This document shows positions 48,941 through 59,637 of a stretch of 64,000 bases of DNA, in pieces. The position numbers and the translations under genes are program-made. This DNA is from a virus (Duplodnaviria; Caudoviricetes), in the IMG/VR virus record IMGVR_UViG_3300021431_004509, positions 53,149-117,148 of that record; one strand, written 5' to 3'. Numbering within the stretch: position 1 is the first letter of the stretch; the number at the start of each line of letters is the position of its first letter. The notes beneath the pieces were generated by a model. It saw nothing but the letters and a program-made list of their open reading frames with translations, ran no database searches and was not told the DNA's origin.

Positions 48941-51900
48941 AAGCTATGTTTTATATCACTGCCACAGCGACTACAGCCTGTTAGACTCCTGCACTCCGTT
49001 TTCGGACTATGTAGAGCTAGCCGCCGCCAATGGCATGCGCGCCGTGGCCTCCACGGAGCACGGCCTCCCTCGCGGGTGGGTGTCCAAGAAGATCGCCTGC
49101 GAAAAGGCAGGCATCAAATTCATTCACGGCGTGGAAATCTACCTGACGGAGCGGCTGGACGAGAAGATCCGCGACAATTACCACACGGTTCTGCTCGCCA
49201 GGAACGCGGATGGAGCGCGGGAACTGATGCGTCTGGTGTATCTGTCCACACAACCGGACCATTTTTACTACACCAACCGGATCAGCTTCGATGAATTCCT
49301 CGGCATCTCCGACAACATCATCAAAACCAGCGCCTGCCTCGCCTCTCCGCTCAATAAGCTGGAGGGCAGGGATTTGCACCCGCGGTATGACGAGCTTCTT
49401 CGGCACTATGATTTCCTGGAGATCCAGCCGCACAACCACCCGGACCAGATCGCCTATAACCGCTGGCTGTATGAGCTGTCGCGGCAAACCGGCATCCCTC
49501 TCATCGCAGGCACGGATACCCACAGTTCCTCGCCGTACAAGGCGGAGTGCCGCAGCGTCCTGATGGGCGCAAAGGGGAAGGGCTACGGGGATGAGGACGC
49601 CTTTGACCTCACCTTCAAAACCTACGACCAGCTGACGGAGGCTTTCCGCACACAGGATGCGCTCCCGGAATCGGTCTGGTCTGAGGCGATCGACAGGACA
49701 AACGCACTCCTCGATTTGTGCGAGGATGTCCCGCTCGACACCTCCATCAAATACCCGATCCTGTACGGTTCGCACGAGGCAGACGCCGTGAAATTTCACG
49801 AGACAGTCGAGGAGAAGTTCAAGCAGAAGCTGGAGTCCGGCGTCATCCCAAAGGAACAGGAGCAGGCTTTCCGTTCCGCTATCCAGGAGGAGCTGAGAGT
49901 CTTTGACAAGCTCAACATGGGCGCGTTCATGCTTTCCATGTCGGAGCTGATCTCCTGGTGCAAGCAGCAGGGGATGGCGATCGGCACAGCCAGAGGGTCT
50001 GTCGGCGGCTCCCGTGTGGCCTACGTCACCGACATCATCGACCTCAACCCGGAGACGTGGAATACCGTGTTCTCCAGATTCTGTAACGAGGATCGTGAGG
50101 AGATCGGAGATATCGATATAGACTGCGTGGAGTCGGACCGGCCCGCAATCTTCCAGCACATCATCGAACGGTTCGGAAAAGAAAAGACTGCCCGCGTCGC
50201 GTCATACGGCACGATACAGTCAAAGGCGGTCATTGACGAGATCGGACGGTATCTCGCCAGAAAATGGACGATCGCCAACCCGGATGCGGACCAGGTGGGC
50301 AACCCGTGGAGCCTCCCGGCGATTGCGAAGATCAAAACGGAATTCGAACAGGATGAAAAAACTGCAAGAGAAAAGTATCATGAGCTGTTCTATTACTATG
50401 ACGGCCTTGTCGGGACGCGGGTTTCTCAGTCCGTACACCCGGCCGGTATGGTCATCAGCCCCGTCAATCTGATCGAGGAGTATGGGGCGTTTCTCAAGGA
50501 CGGCGAGAACTGCCTGCTTCTGGATATGGAGGAAGCGCACGATACCGGCCTTGCCAAGTATGACTTCCTTGTGCTCAAAACCGTTCAGGTGATCCGCGAT
50601 TGCTGCAGGATGCTGGGTCAGCCGTACCCAAAGACCAACGAGATCGACTGGTGTGACGCAGACGTCTGGAAGGACATGCGTAAAGACCTTACAGCGATCT
50701 TTCAATTCGAGGGCGACTATGCCGCTCAGTGTTTCCGAAGGTTCGGCACGTCGAGCATAGCCGATATGTCCCTTGTGACAGCCTGCATCCGCCCTTCAGG
50801 CGCGTCGTACCGCGATCAGATCCTCGCACACAAGATCCACAAGAACCCGTCGCCGCTGATCGACGAACTGCTGAAAGAGAACCTCGGCTATCTGGTCTAC
50901 CAGGAGGACACCATCAAGTTCCTCCAACAGATATGCGGGCTTTCCGGTTCACAGGCAGACAACATCCGCCGCGCCATCGGGCGCAAGCAGAAGGACAGGC
51001 TTGACGCAGCCATGCCTTCCATCCTGGAGGGGTACTGCAACAAGTCGGATCAGCCGCGCGAAATCGCTGAACAGGAAGCGAAAGAATTCCTGCAGATCAT
51101 AGAGGACAGCGCAAGCTACCAATTTGGGTATAATCACTCCATTGCCTATTGCCTGCTCGGGTATCTCTGCGGATACTACCGTTACCACTATCCTCTGGCG
51201 TTTCTTACTTCGTTTTTGAATAACGCCGCCAATGAGGACGACATCCGCAACGGCACCGAGTACGCCAAAAAGATCAACGTGCCGGTCACGATGCCGAAGT
51301 GGGGCATTTCCAGAGGGGATTACTCCTACGATGAGGAAAAGCGCGTCATTGCAAAGGGCTTGTCCTCTGTCAAATTCATGAGCGCACAGCTCGCGGATGA
51401 ATTGTACGCCCTTGCGCACAGCCGGGAGTTCCCGACCTTTGTCGATGTGCTTTACGGCCTCGACGCAGAGACGTCCATCAACTCCAGGCAGCTCGACATC
51501 CTTATCAAGCTGGATTTCTTTTCGGATTTCGGCAACCAGCGTGAGCTTCTCCGCATCAACAGCCTGTTTGTCGATCTGTTTAAGAAGGGCTGTGCCAAGC
51601 AGCTCCCTAAAAAGAAGATCGACGGCTCGCCTCTGGAGGAGCTCGTGAAAAAGTATGCCGTCGGCGTCACAAAATCCGGCGTAGAGGCAAAAAACTATAC
51701 GCTCTTTGATACCCACGCCATTCTGGTCGGTGTGGAGGCGCTCGTCAAAGCAGCCGGGTTCCCGGATCTGGACGACGTCACCAAAGTCAACAACTTTATC
51801 GAGGTCATGGGGTACGCCGGTTACTGTTCCGGCAAGCCCGAGGATCGCCGCAAGCTCTATGTGACCGAAATCTGGCCGCTCGCCAGCAAGAAAAGCGGGG

Positions 51901-52088
51901 AGGTATGGGGGCACGGTATCAATACCGTCTCCATCGGCAGCGGAAAGACGGGTCGCTTTACAGTCCGCGAGAAAAAGTACAAGGCAGACCCTATCCAGAA
52001 GGGCGACGTGATCTACTGCCGCGATTTTTCAAGGAGCGGCAACTTCTTCTACCTTGACGCCTATGAGCGCATGATCCCCACATCATAG
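48915..52088 (+). CDS. dnaE: DNA polymerase III alpha subunit
   Basis: PHP HCHSDYSLLDS, RGSVGGS, DIDID, HPAG, KYDFL, YQE, YNHSIAY; exact start uncertain (ATG 48915 or ATC near 48933). Confidence 0.95.
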   Translation: MKGGFGIDKSYVLYHCHSDYSLLDSCTPFSDYVELAAANGMRAVASTEHGLPRGWVSKKIACEKAGIKFIHGVEIYLTERLDEKIRDNYHTVLLARNADGARELMRLVYLSTQPDHFYYTNRISFDEFLGISDNIIKTSACLASPLNKLEGRDLHPRYDELLRHYDFLEIQPHNHPDQIAYNRWLYELSRQTGIPLIAGTDTHSSSPYKAECRSVLMGAKGKGYGDEDAFDLTFKTYDQLTEAFRTQDALPESVWSEAIDRTNALLDLCEDVPLDTSIKYPILYGSHEADAVKFHETVEEKFKQKLESGVIPKEQEQAFRSAIQEELRVFDKLNMGAFMLSMSELISWCKQQGMAIGTARGSVGGSRVAYVTDIIDLNPETWNTVFSRFCNEDREEIGDIDIDCVESDRPAIFQHIIERFGKEKTARVASYGTIQSKAVIDEIGRYLARKWTIANPDADQVGNPWSLPAIAKIKTEFEQDEKTAREKYHELFYYYDGLVGTRVSQSVHPAGMVISPVNLIEEYGAFLKDGENCLLLDMEEAHDTGLAKYDFLVLKTVQVIRDCCRMLGQPYPKTNEIDWCDADVWKDMRKDLTAIFQFEGDYAAQCFRRFGTSSIADMSLVTACIRPSGASYRDQILAHKIHKNPSPLIDELLKENLGYLVYQEDTIKFLQQICGLSGSQADNIRRAIGRKQKDRLDAAMPSILEGYCNKSDQPREIAEQEAKEFLQIIEDSASYQFGYNHSIAYCLLGYLCGYYRYHYPLAFLTSFLNNAANEDDIRNGTEYAKKINVPVTMPKWGISRGDYSYDEEKRVIAKGLSSVKFMSAQLADELYALAHSREFPTFVDVLYGLDAETSINSRQLDILIKLDFFSDFGNQRELLRINSLFVDLFKKGCAKQLPKKKIDGSPLEELVKKYAVGVTKSGVEAKNYTLFDTHAILVGVEALVKAAGFPDLDDVTKVNNFIEVMGYAGYCSGKPEDRRKLYVTEIWPLASKKSGEVWGHGINTVSIGSGKTGRFTVREKKYKADPIQKGDVIYCRDFSRSGNFFYLDAYERMIPTS

Positions 52089-52152
52089 GCAATCAAGTTA
52101 ATTATATGAATAGCGCAAAAGGAGACATCTCAACCCAACGGAGGTACATACG

Positions 52153-52866
52153 ATGGCCGCAAAAAGAAAAGTGCAGACAGAACCGCAGCCGGACGCGCCG
52201 GAGCGTCTGAACCCGGACAACTTTTTCGGGATGCAGCTCGACGCGGAACAGGCAATGTTCGCCAACGCGATCTGGGACCCGGAAGTTGATATCGTGTTCT
52301 GCAACGCAAAGGCTGGAACAGGGAAGACCACAATCGCCGCCGGTGTCGCGACGCTGCTGGTGCATTACGGCTTCTTTCAGAACATTGTCTACATCGTCTC
52401 CCCGTACGGGGAGCGCAAGCAGGGGTATCTTCCCGGGTCCTATACCGAGAAATCCTCCGTGTACTTTGAAGCATTCTGGCAGGCGCTCGTCACCTGCAAC
52501 GTCAATCCGAACACCGCTATCAACACCGAGACCATGGTCAACCAGAAAAACGGCACCGGGTTCATCACCTGTATCACGGACACTTTCCTGCGCGGTACGA
52601 ACCTCGACAACGCCGTCATCATCCTGGACGAGGCGCAGAACTATTCCGTTGCCCAGCTCAAAAAGGTGCTGACGCGCATCGGTTCTCACGCCAAGGTGAT
52701 CGTGATCGGCCACGACCAGCAGTGTGATATGGATGACCCAACCAAGAGCGGCTTCACGCGGTATATCGGCCACTTTGAATTTTGCAAGCGCGCCGCGTTT
52801 TGTACGCTGACGCAGAACCACCGCAGCTGGATCAGCCAGCACGCGGATGAATTGATTGAAGAATAA
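52153..52866 (+). CDS. phoH: PhoH-family ATPase
   Basis: AGTGKT, GYLPG, FLRG, ILDEAQN, LTRIG, GHDQQ. Confidence 0.92.
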   Translation: MAAKRKVQTEPQPDAPERLNPDNFFGMQLDAEQAMFANAIWDPEVDIVFCNAKAGTGKTTIAAGVATLLVHYGFFQNIVYIVSPYGERKQGYLPGSYTEKSSVYFEAFWQALVTCNVNPNTAINTETMVNQKNGTGFITCITDTFLRGTNLDNAVIILDEAQNYSVAQLKKVLTRIGSHAKVIVIGHDQQCDMDDPTKSGFTRYIGHFEFCKRAAFCTLTQNHRSWISQHADELIEE

Positions 52867-52878
52867 AGGAGAATTGCT

Positions 52879-53289
52879 ATGTTTCGTTTTTTGGAGATGT
52901 TTAAGGGCGAGCCCGAGGCCAAGTTCACTTTCCGCATCATGGATGAGGACGGCAACATCGTCAACACAAACGACCCCGATGAGTTCGAAAAGATCTTGGA
53001 GGAGTTGATCGACAAGGAGAAGAATGAAAAGGAAGAAGATCCCTGCAAGAACTGTGAGGGTGACTGCTACGCCTGCCAGGATATCGATCCCTGCGAGGAT
53101 TTCTATGATGACGAGGACGATGAGGAGGACGAGGAGGACGAGGAGGACGGCGAGCTTGTCTTCGACGAGCTTTATGAGCCGGAGATGACCGTTCTGGAGG
53201 TCCCGGCGTCCGGCGTCCTTGCCATCGGCGTCGCCGCAGGCGAAGTGCTTTGCGGTCTTGCCTCTGTCATTCGCGCCCTGAGAAAGTAA
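52879..53289 (+). CDS. Acidic hypothetical protein
   Basis: AAGGAG RBS; CxxCxxxCxxC and acidic tract. Confidence 0.65.
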   Translation: MFRFLEMFKGEPEAKFTFRIMDEDGNIVNTNDPDEFEKILEELIDKEKNEKEEDPCKNCEGDCYACQDIDPCEDFYDDEDDEEDEEDEEDGELVFDELYEPEMTVLEVPASGVLAIGVAAGEVLCGLASVIRALRK

Positions 53290-53299
53290 GGAGATTCGG

Positions 53300-53509
53300 A
53301 TGGAAGGGATTATTTTGTATTCGACCGGCTGCCCAAAGTGCAACGTCCTGCAGAAAAAGCTCGACGCCGCCAAAATCCCGTACAGCGTATGCACGGATAT
53401 CTCCATCATGCGCTGTCTCGGGATTCTGGAAGCTCCCAAGCTCCAGGTTGACGGCAAGCTGATGAGCTTTACGGACGCGGTCACATGGGTCTCCGGTCAG
53501 AAGGAGTAA
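53300..53509 (+). CDS. Glutaredoxin-like protein
   Basis: LYSTGCPKC...AP.L.VDG. Confidence 0.8.
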   Translation: MEGIILYSTGCPKCNVLQKKLDAAKIPYSVCTDISIMRCLGILEAPKLQVDGKLMSFTDAVTWVSGQKE

Positions 53510-53511
53510 CA

Positions 53512-55437
53512 GTGGATATACAGTTAAAGCTTTCCAAGGATTTTGAACGCTGCCTTGATGAGTTGAAGAAGGAATACGGTGAGGATTTTGAGTTCATCAA
53601 CGGTCTTCACCCCAGCCAGCTCGACTACAGCGAGTTCATCAATAATTTCGTCTGTAACAGCACGCTTGCGGACGCAAGCATTGACCCGAACGCCAATGCG
53701 AACCATAAGGATATCAGATCTTTTATGACCGAAAAGGGGAAGAGCGAGGACAAGCTGTTCGGTCTGAACAAAATCTTCATCACAATCAAGAAGCAGTGGG
53801 GTCTGCGCACGGCAAAGCAGTGGCTCCGTGCGGAATTCAGCAGGGCTTTCTACCTCAACGACGCAACCACAGCCAGCTATTTCCCGTACTGCTGGGCGAA
53901 TGATTTCACCCGCCTTGCCACTGAGGGACTGTTCTTCCTCGACCGTTACAACAACGAAGCGCCGAAGCATCTGACCACCTATTTTGACGACGTGATCGAG
54001 TTCGTCTCCTTCCTGTCCAATCGGCAGAGCGGCGCCGTCGGTATGCCGAACGTACTGGTTTGGGCGTGGTACTTCTGGAAGAAGGACGTGGAGAAGGGGT
54101 ACTACATGAAAGACCCGGATTACTATCTGCGCCAGCAGTTCCAGAAGCTGATCTACCGGCTTAACCAGCCGTTTTTGAGAATCGACCAGAGCGCCTTTAC
54201 CAATGTTTCGATCTTTGATCACCCCTATCTGGAAGCGCTGTTCGGCGGTATGGAGTTCCCGGACGGCACATTTGCCATCGACCATATCGATGATCTGGCA
54301 GAGTGTCAGAAAGTTTTCATGGAGGTCGTCAGCGAGATCCGCGAGACCAATATGTTCACTTACCCGGTATTGACGTATTCCCTGCTGTACAAGGATGGAA
54401 AGTTCCAGGATGAGGAATACGCCCGCTGGTGTTCAAGACACAATATGCGCTGGTCAGACTCCAATTTCTTTGTATCCGACAACGTCGGCGTCCTCTCTAA
54501 TTGCTGCCGCCTGCTGTCAGACACGCAGAAGCTCGACGCCTTCATCAACTCCATCGGAGGTACTGCCCTTTCTGTTGGTTCCTGCCGCGTCAGCACCATT
54601 AACCTTGTTCGCATCGCCTATGAAAGCGAGCTTGACAAGAAGAAGTACCTCAAGATCCTCCGCCAGCGCGTCCTTCTGGACTGCAAGGCGTTGTCCTCCA
54701 TGCGCTACATCATCCGGCGCAATATCGAGAAGGGGCTGCTTCCCAACTATCAGGACGGCGCGGTGGAACTGGATAAGCAATTCTGCACCATCGGAGCCAT
54801 CGGCATGTATGAGGTCATGGATCTCTTTGGCCTGATCGATACCGACGAGCTCGGCTGTAAAAGCTATTCGGATGAAGCTGTCGAGTTTGCCACGCAGATT
54901 CTCGACGCCATGAATGATGTCAAGGATAACTTCGAATGCGACTTCTCCTTCAATATTGAGATGATCCCCGCAGAAAACTGCGCCGGTGTCATCTGTCAGG
55001 CGGACAACCTCCTGTATGAGCAGAACAAGTACTTTATCTACTCGAACCAGTGGATTCCGCTCATGGAGAAATGCACCATCCAGGAAAAGTGCCGTCTCGG
55101 TTCTCTCTTTGACAAGAAGTGCGGCGGCGGTTGTATCGCCCATATCAACATTGAAAACCGCTTCCCGAATGAGGGGACAGCGTGGGATATGTTGAATTAT
55201 GTGGCGTCGCAGGGCGTGATCTACTTTGCCTTCACCACAAAAATCTCTGTCTGCAAACATCGCCACGCCTTTATCTCGGAGCCGAGATGCCCCGTCTGCG
55301 GCGAACCGATCGCAGATACCTATGCACGTGTGGTGGGGTTCTACACGCCCACATCCAGTTATCAGAAAATCAGAAAGAAAGAGTTTGACAGACGCCGCTG
55401 GATGAACGTCCTGTCAAACGATGGGGTTATGCAGTAA
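53512..55437 (+). CDS. nrdD: Anaerobic ribonucleoside-triphosphate reductase
   Basis: SNCCRL, IPAE, GGCI.H, C-terminal Zn site and RVVGFY glycyl-radical motif. Confidence 0.92.
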   Translation: MDIQLKLSKDFERCLDELKKEYGEDFEFINGLHPSQLDYSEFINNFVCNSTLADASIDPNANANHKDIRSFMTEKGKSEDKLFGLNKIFITIKKQWGLRTAKQWLRAEFSRAFYLNDATTASYFPYCWANDFTRLATEGLFFLDRYNNEAPKHLTTYFDDVIEFVSFLSNRQSGAVGMPNVLVWAWYFWKKDVEKGYYMKDPDYYLRQQFQKLIYRLNQPFLRIDQSAFTNVSIFDHPYLEALFGGMEFPDGTFAIDHIDDLAECQKVFMEVVSEIRETNMFTYPVLTYSLLYKDGKFQDEEYARWCSRHNMRWSDSNFFVSDNVGVLSNCCRLLSDTQKLDAFINSIGGTALSVGSCRVSTINLVRIAYESELDKKKYLKILRQRVLLDCKALSSMRYIIRRNIEKGLLPNYQDGAVELDKQFCTIGAIGMYEVMDLFGLIDTDELGCKSYSDEAVEFATQILDAMNDVKDNFECDFSFNIEMIPAENCAGVICQADNLLYEQNKYFIYSNQWIPLMEKCTIQEKCRLGSLFDKKCGGGCIAHINIENRFPNEGTAWDMLNYVASQGVIYFAFTTKISVCKHRHAFISEPRCPVCGEPIADTYARVVGFYTPTSSYQKIRKKEFDRRRWMNVLSNDGVMQ

Positions 55438-55916
55438 TGTGGCTTAAAGGCATCACGGATGAGGACTTTGTCAACTACAAAGTCCCCTCTATGTTCATCA
55501 GCACAACAACTTGTTCTTTCAAATGCGATCAGGAGTGCGGCAGTCAGGTCTGCCAGAACGCCGCGCTCGCCAAGGAAGATCCGATCTTCACAGACGACGA
55601 CTATCTGATCCGCCGTTATCTGAAGAATCCGATCACCAAAGCCATCGTCTTCGGCGGCCTGGAGCCGCTCGACCAGTGGGGTGAGCTTTTCCCGTTTCTC
55701 CAGCGTCTGCGCATGCAGTACGGCTGCACCGACCCGGTCGTGATCTACACCGGCTATCGGCGGGAGGAGATCGACGGGGAGCTTCGCTTCCTGATGACGA
55801 TGCCAAACATCATCGTCAAGTTCGGCCGGTTCGTCCCGGGGCAAGAGCCTCACTTCGATCCGATCCTCGGTGTCAACCTCGCCAGCGATGAACAGTACGC
55901 AGAACAGATTTCGTAA
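55437..55916 (+). CDS. nrdG: NrdD activating radical SAM protein
   Basis: CSFKC......CQN, GGLEP, YTGY, KFGRF. Confidence 0.85.
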   Translation: MWLKGITDEDFVNYKVPSMFISTTTCSFKCDQECGSQVCQNAALAKEDPIFTDDDYLIRRYLKNPITKAIVFGGLEPLDQWGELFPFLQRLRMQYGCTDPVVIYTGYRREEIDGELRFLMTMPNIIVKFGRFVPGQEPHFDPILGVNLASDEQYAEQIS

Positions 55917-56313
55917 AGGAGAAAACAAATGACCGATACCGATAAGGTTGGACTGATCCGACAGATGATCTCCGACGTGATGGAGTTCACGGCCTGGGAG
56001 GAGGACAGCGTCGACGCGCTCGTCACCTGTATCGACGCCGTGTGCGCCTACCCGCGGGAAGACACGTAAAGGAGACGCCATGCAGGATTACCTTGTATAT
56101 GGCCTCGTCATTCTTATGATGATTATCACCACGGCAGACAGCTTCCGCCGCCCGAGGTTTTGAATATGAAGTTTGCAGACCTGCCGGACGAATGCCAGGA
56201 ATGTGAACGCCTCCGCTCCGAGCCTGGAGCGGATGGCGAGAACAATTACCTGTGCCCAAAAGTACAGTCCTTTCAGAAGAAGAAAAATCCATGTAAACAT
56301 ATGAGGAGCTTTT

Positions 56314-56748
56314 ATGAGCGAAAAGATTTTCATTAAGTATTTTGATAAAGATATGCCGCGCATCGCCAAGATTCCCAAGGGCGATTGGATCGACCTCCGC
56401 GCTGCGGATGATGTTGTGCTTCGCAAGGGGGAATTTGCCAAGGTGCCTCTCGGCATCGCCATGCAGCTGCCGGATGGGTATGAGGCGCTGATCGCGCCGC
56501 GCGGCAGCACCTTCAAGAACTTCTTTACTCTTCAGACCAACTCTCCCGGCGTCGTGGATGAGAGCTACTGCGGCGACAACGACCAGTGGTTCGTTCCGCT
56601 CTACGCCACGGAGGACACCGTGATCCGCCGCTATGACCGTTTCTGTCAGTTTCGCATCCAGAAAAAGCAGCCGGAGATTGACTTTATTGAAGTGGACACG
56701 CTTTCCGGCCCCGACCGCGGCGGCTATGGCAGTACGGGGGTGAACTGA
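56314..56748 (+). CDS. dut: dUTPase
   Basis: [26 protein letters not shown]. Confidence 0.92.
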   Translation: MSEKIFIKYFDKDMPRIAKIPKGDWIDLRAADDVVLRKGEFAKVPLGIAMQLPDGYEALIAPRGSTFKNFFTLQTNSPGVVDESYCGDNDQWFVPLYATEDTVIRRYDRFCQFRIQKKQPEIDFIEVDTLSGPDRGGYGSTGVN

Positions 56749-56749
56749 T

Positions 56750-57079
56750 ATGGCGCCGATGAAAAGCTATCTGGACGAGCACGGCGAAGTCATGGAATAC
56801 ACAGGCCATATATCTTCGCCCGGTGAAGTGGCCTCGTGCTCTGCTGGCTCCGGTGGCGCGGTCGACCATCCGTCTCATTACAACACCGGCAAAATTGAGG
56901 TTATCGACTTTCTGGAAGATCAGAAGCTCGGCTTCCACCTCGGCAACAGTGTGAAGTACATCTGCCGCGCCGGACGTAAGAACCCGGAAAAGACGAAAGA
57001 GGATCTGGAAAAGGCGATCTGGTATATCAGACGGTATATCGATGCCGTCCTCCCGGAGGTGCCAGATGAGCGTGACTAA
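56750..57079 (+). CDS. DUF3310 protein
   Basis: VDHPSHY...IEVID...GNSVKYICRAGRK...EDLEKAIWY. Confidence 0.85.
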   Translation: MAPMKSYLDEHGEVMEYTGHISSPGEVASCSAGSGGAVDHPSHYNTGKIEVIDFLEDQKLGFHLGNSVKYICRAGRKNPEKTKEDLEKAIWYIRRYIDAVLPEVPDERD

Positions 57080-57232
57080 TATCATTCTCATCTTTGCCTA
57101 TGCCATCGGCGGGCTTCTTGCCATCGGCGCCATGGCCGTTGTCGCGTCCGGTATTTTCTTCATCCTGCTGGCGGGGACATACGATCTCATCGACCTGATC
57201 GGATATATGCGCCGGACACGGAGGGCAAAGAA

Positions 57233-57421
57233 ATGACCTATGCGTTTCTTTGCCCGCACTGCGGTGAGTGTGCGACGATCACAATGCGTATCAGCGAATA
57301 TACGGCGGATGGGCATATCTGCCCGCACTGCGGCGGCGTGCTTATCCGTGACCCGAAGGACTTCGGCACCAATTACAGCGTGAAGTGTGACGGCTTTTAT
57401 GCCGAGCACCAATCGCATTAA
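57233..57421 (+). CDS. FmdB-like zinc-ribbon protein
   Basis: YAFLCPHCG...CPHCG...GFY. Confidence 0.7.
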   Translation: MTYAFLCPHCGECATITMRISEYTADGHICPHCGGVLIRDPKDFGTNYSVKCDGFYAEHQSH

Positions 57422-57434
57422 GGAGGAATCAATC

Positions 57435-58694
57435 TTGATCTACGGTGTGCGCGACGTGCCGCCTGTCAGCAAACTGCTCTTGTTTAGTCTGCAGCTTCTG
57501 CTCTCGGTCTTCGTTGCAACGGTTTTGATTGCAAACATCTGCGGCGTCGCTGTCAGCGGCGCGCTTCTCGGGGCGGGCTTTGCAACCATTGTCTACCTGG
57601 CTGTTACCGGGTGGAAGTCGCCCATGTTCGTCTCAAACTCCGGCGCATTTGTCGCGCCTGTCCTGATTGCCATGGCGACCGGCGGCCACTTGGCCGTCGC
57701 GGTCGGCGGTCTTACAACCTGCCTCGTTTACTGTGTATTTGGATATCTTTTTACGAAGATTCCGGTGGAGAGGATCTATGACATCTTCCCGCGTGCGCTG
57801 ATCGGCGCCGTTACCATGGTCATCGGCATCACGCTGATGGGATTCATCGGCACCTATGTCCAGATCGGCTGCGAGGTGAGCACATGGGGTATCGTCATCG
57901 CTCTCTTTACCGCGCTTTTGATCGCCGTGATCAGCCATTACGCAAAGGGGATCATGCGGATTCTCCCGTTTCTCATCGGCACGCTCGGCGGATACGCCCT
58001 CTCCTGCCTGTTGACAATTACCGGCGTGTGCAAGGTCGTGGATTTCGGTGTGTTCCGCAGCCTGAAATTCTTCGCGCTCCCTGATGTTGCGCTGTCTCAC
58101 TGGATGGAACGCGGAACATTCCCCGTCTTACCGATTGTTTTGATTTTCATTGCCTTTACGGTGAGCGCCATGATGGAGTGCCTGTCTGACCATGCGGCAC
58201 TCGGCGGGATCATCGGCAAGGATTTGTTCAAAGACCCCGGCCTCGGCAGAATTTTTGCCGGTGAGGGGCTCGCGAACCTTGTCGGTACAGTCATCGGTGG
58301 ACTTGGCATCTGCTCCTACGGTGAGGGCGTGGCCTGCGTCGGCTTTTCCCGCGTAGCATCCGCTGTTGTAACCAGCGTCGCAGCGCTGATGATGATGGTG
58401 CTCGCATATATTGCCCCGGTCCAGGCGTTTATCGGCTCAATCCCAAGCTGTGTGTTCGGCGGCGCCGCCATCATTTTGTACGGATACATCGCATGCAGCG
58501 GCGTCAAGATGCTCCAGCAGATCGATTTGAACCAACAGAAGAATTTGATCATGGTGTCAAGTGTTCTGTCTCTCGGCATCAGCGGCCTTGCCATCGGCGG
58601 CACGACATTTGCTCTCAGCGGCACAGCCCTTGCTCTCGTCTTCGGCGTCATTATCAATTTGCTCTTAAAGGAGAAACAGCATGAAGCAATTTAA
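57435..58694 (+). CDS. NCS2 (uracil/xanthine) permease
   Basis: Many TM helices; SLQLL, GAVTMVIG, GEGLANL, SYGEGVA, IPSCVFGG; TTG start after AAGGAGG. Confidence 0.88.
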   Translation: MIYGVRDVPPVSKLLLFSLQLLLSVFVATVLIANICGVAVSGALLGAGFATIVYLAVTGWKSPMFVSNSGAFVAPVLIAMATGGHLAVAVGGLTTCLVYCVFGYLFTKIPVERIYDIFPRALIGAVTMVIGITLMGFIGTYVQIGCEVSTWGIVIALFTALLIAVISHYAKGIMRILPFLIGTLGGYALSCLLTITGVCKVVDFGVFRSLKFFALPDVALSHWMERGTFPVLPIVLIFIAFTVSAMMECLSDHAALGGIIGKDLFKDPGLGRIFAGEGLANLVGTVIGGLGICSYGEGVACVGFSRVASAVVTSVAALMMMVLAYIAPVQAFIGSIPSCVFGGAAIILYGYIACSGVKMLQQIDLNQQKNLIMVSSVLSLGISGLAIGGTTFALSGTALALVFGVIINLLLKEKQHEAI

Positions 58695-59199
58695 CGCATA
58701 TCTTGCCGGACCGATCTTCACCTACGGCGACCTGCTCCGCAACACGGAGTGGGCCGCCAAACTCCGGGAGGCTTTCCCCGGCATGGATCTTTACAGCCCC
58801 GTGGAGAACACCGACATCAACGGTGTCGAAGGCAAGAAAAAGTTTGCCGGTTCCAAGGAAGTCGCCGCGGCGGATAACGCCAGACTGGATAAGACGGATG
58901 TCCTGTTTGCCTGCATCGACGGCGACGTGCTCCCGGCAGGTACCTGTGCCGAGATCGGGAAGTTCCACGAAAAGATCGCCCGCGGCGATCAGAAATTCAT
59001 CGTCGGCATCTGTACGGATAACCGCCAGTGCGCCCTCACGCATAGTGAGGCGAAGGATGCTGGCGGCGCTGCAAGCCTTGGCGAGCAGCAGTACTCCTAC
59101 CAGAACATCTACGTCACCGGGCTCATCAAGGAGGCCGGAGTCCTCGTCTCCAATATCGACGACGCCATCGACGCCGTGAAAGTCTGGTTGTACGCATGA
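58681..59199 (+). CDS. Nucleoside 2-deoxyribosyltransferase family protein
   Basis: YLAGPIF, YSP, D...LD..D, GTCAEIG. Confidence 0.85.
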   Translation: MKQFNAYLAGPIFTYGDLLRNTEWAAKLREAFPGMDLYSPVENTDINGVEGKKKFAGSKEVAAADNARLDKTDVLFACIDGDVLPAGTCAEIGKFHEKIARGDQKFIVGICTDNRQCALTHSEAKDAGGAASLGEQQYSYQNIYVTGLIKEAGVLVSNIDDAIDAVKVWLYA

Positions 59200-59361
59200 T
59201 CCGCACAGACGATCTGGTGAAGTGGGCGCGCGACCACGCCATCAACGACAGTCTGAGCTGTCTCGGCGGCTGGATCAGGGGCAGTGAGCTTATGGAGCTC
59301 GCCAAGGCAGTTGCAGACGCAGACCCGTTTGACTACAGGCCAAAAAGCGAAAGGGGTACCA

Positions 59362-59637
59362 ATGGAAGAGTCGGATAAGAAGTTTCTGGATCTGGAACAG
59401 GAGTTCATCGTTCTTGTCATCCCGAGGGAGACGGTCGATTTGGAGATTCGTGCCAAGGTATACCGGCGCGGGGAACTGCTCGACGTCCGCAGGCAGTTGA
59501 ATCTTATTGAAATCCAGGACGCCGTCAACGAAGCACAGCAGGGGTACACGCCAAGCGACGCTGTATTTTCAGTCGCTCCTGTCGGGCGCGAAAAGATGGA
59601 AGAATTGCTTGAACGATATATGGAGTATGTCGAGTAA
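59362..59637 (+). CDS. Hypothetical protein
   Basis: AAGGGG RBS before MEESDKKF. Confidence 0.55.
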   Translation: MEESDKKFLDLEQEFIVLVIPRETVDLEIRAKVYRRGELLDVRRQLNLIEIQDAVNEAQQGYTPSDAVFSVAPVGREKMEELLERYMEYVE

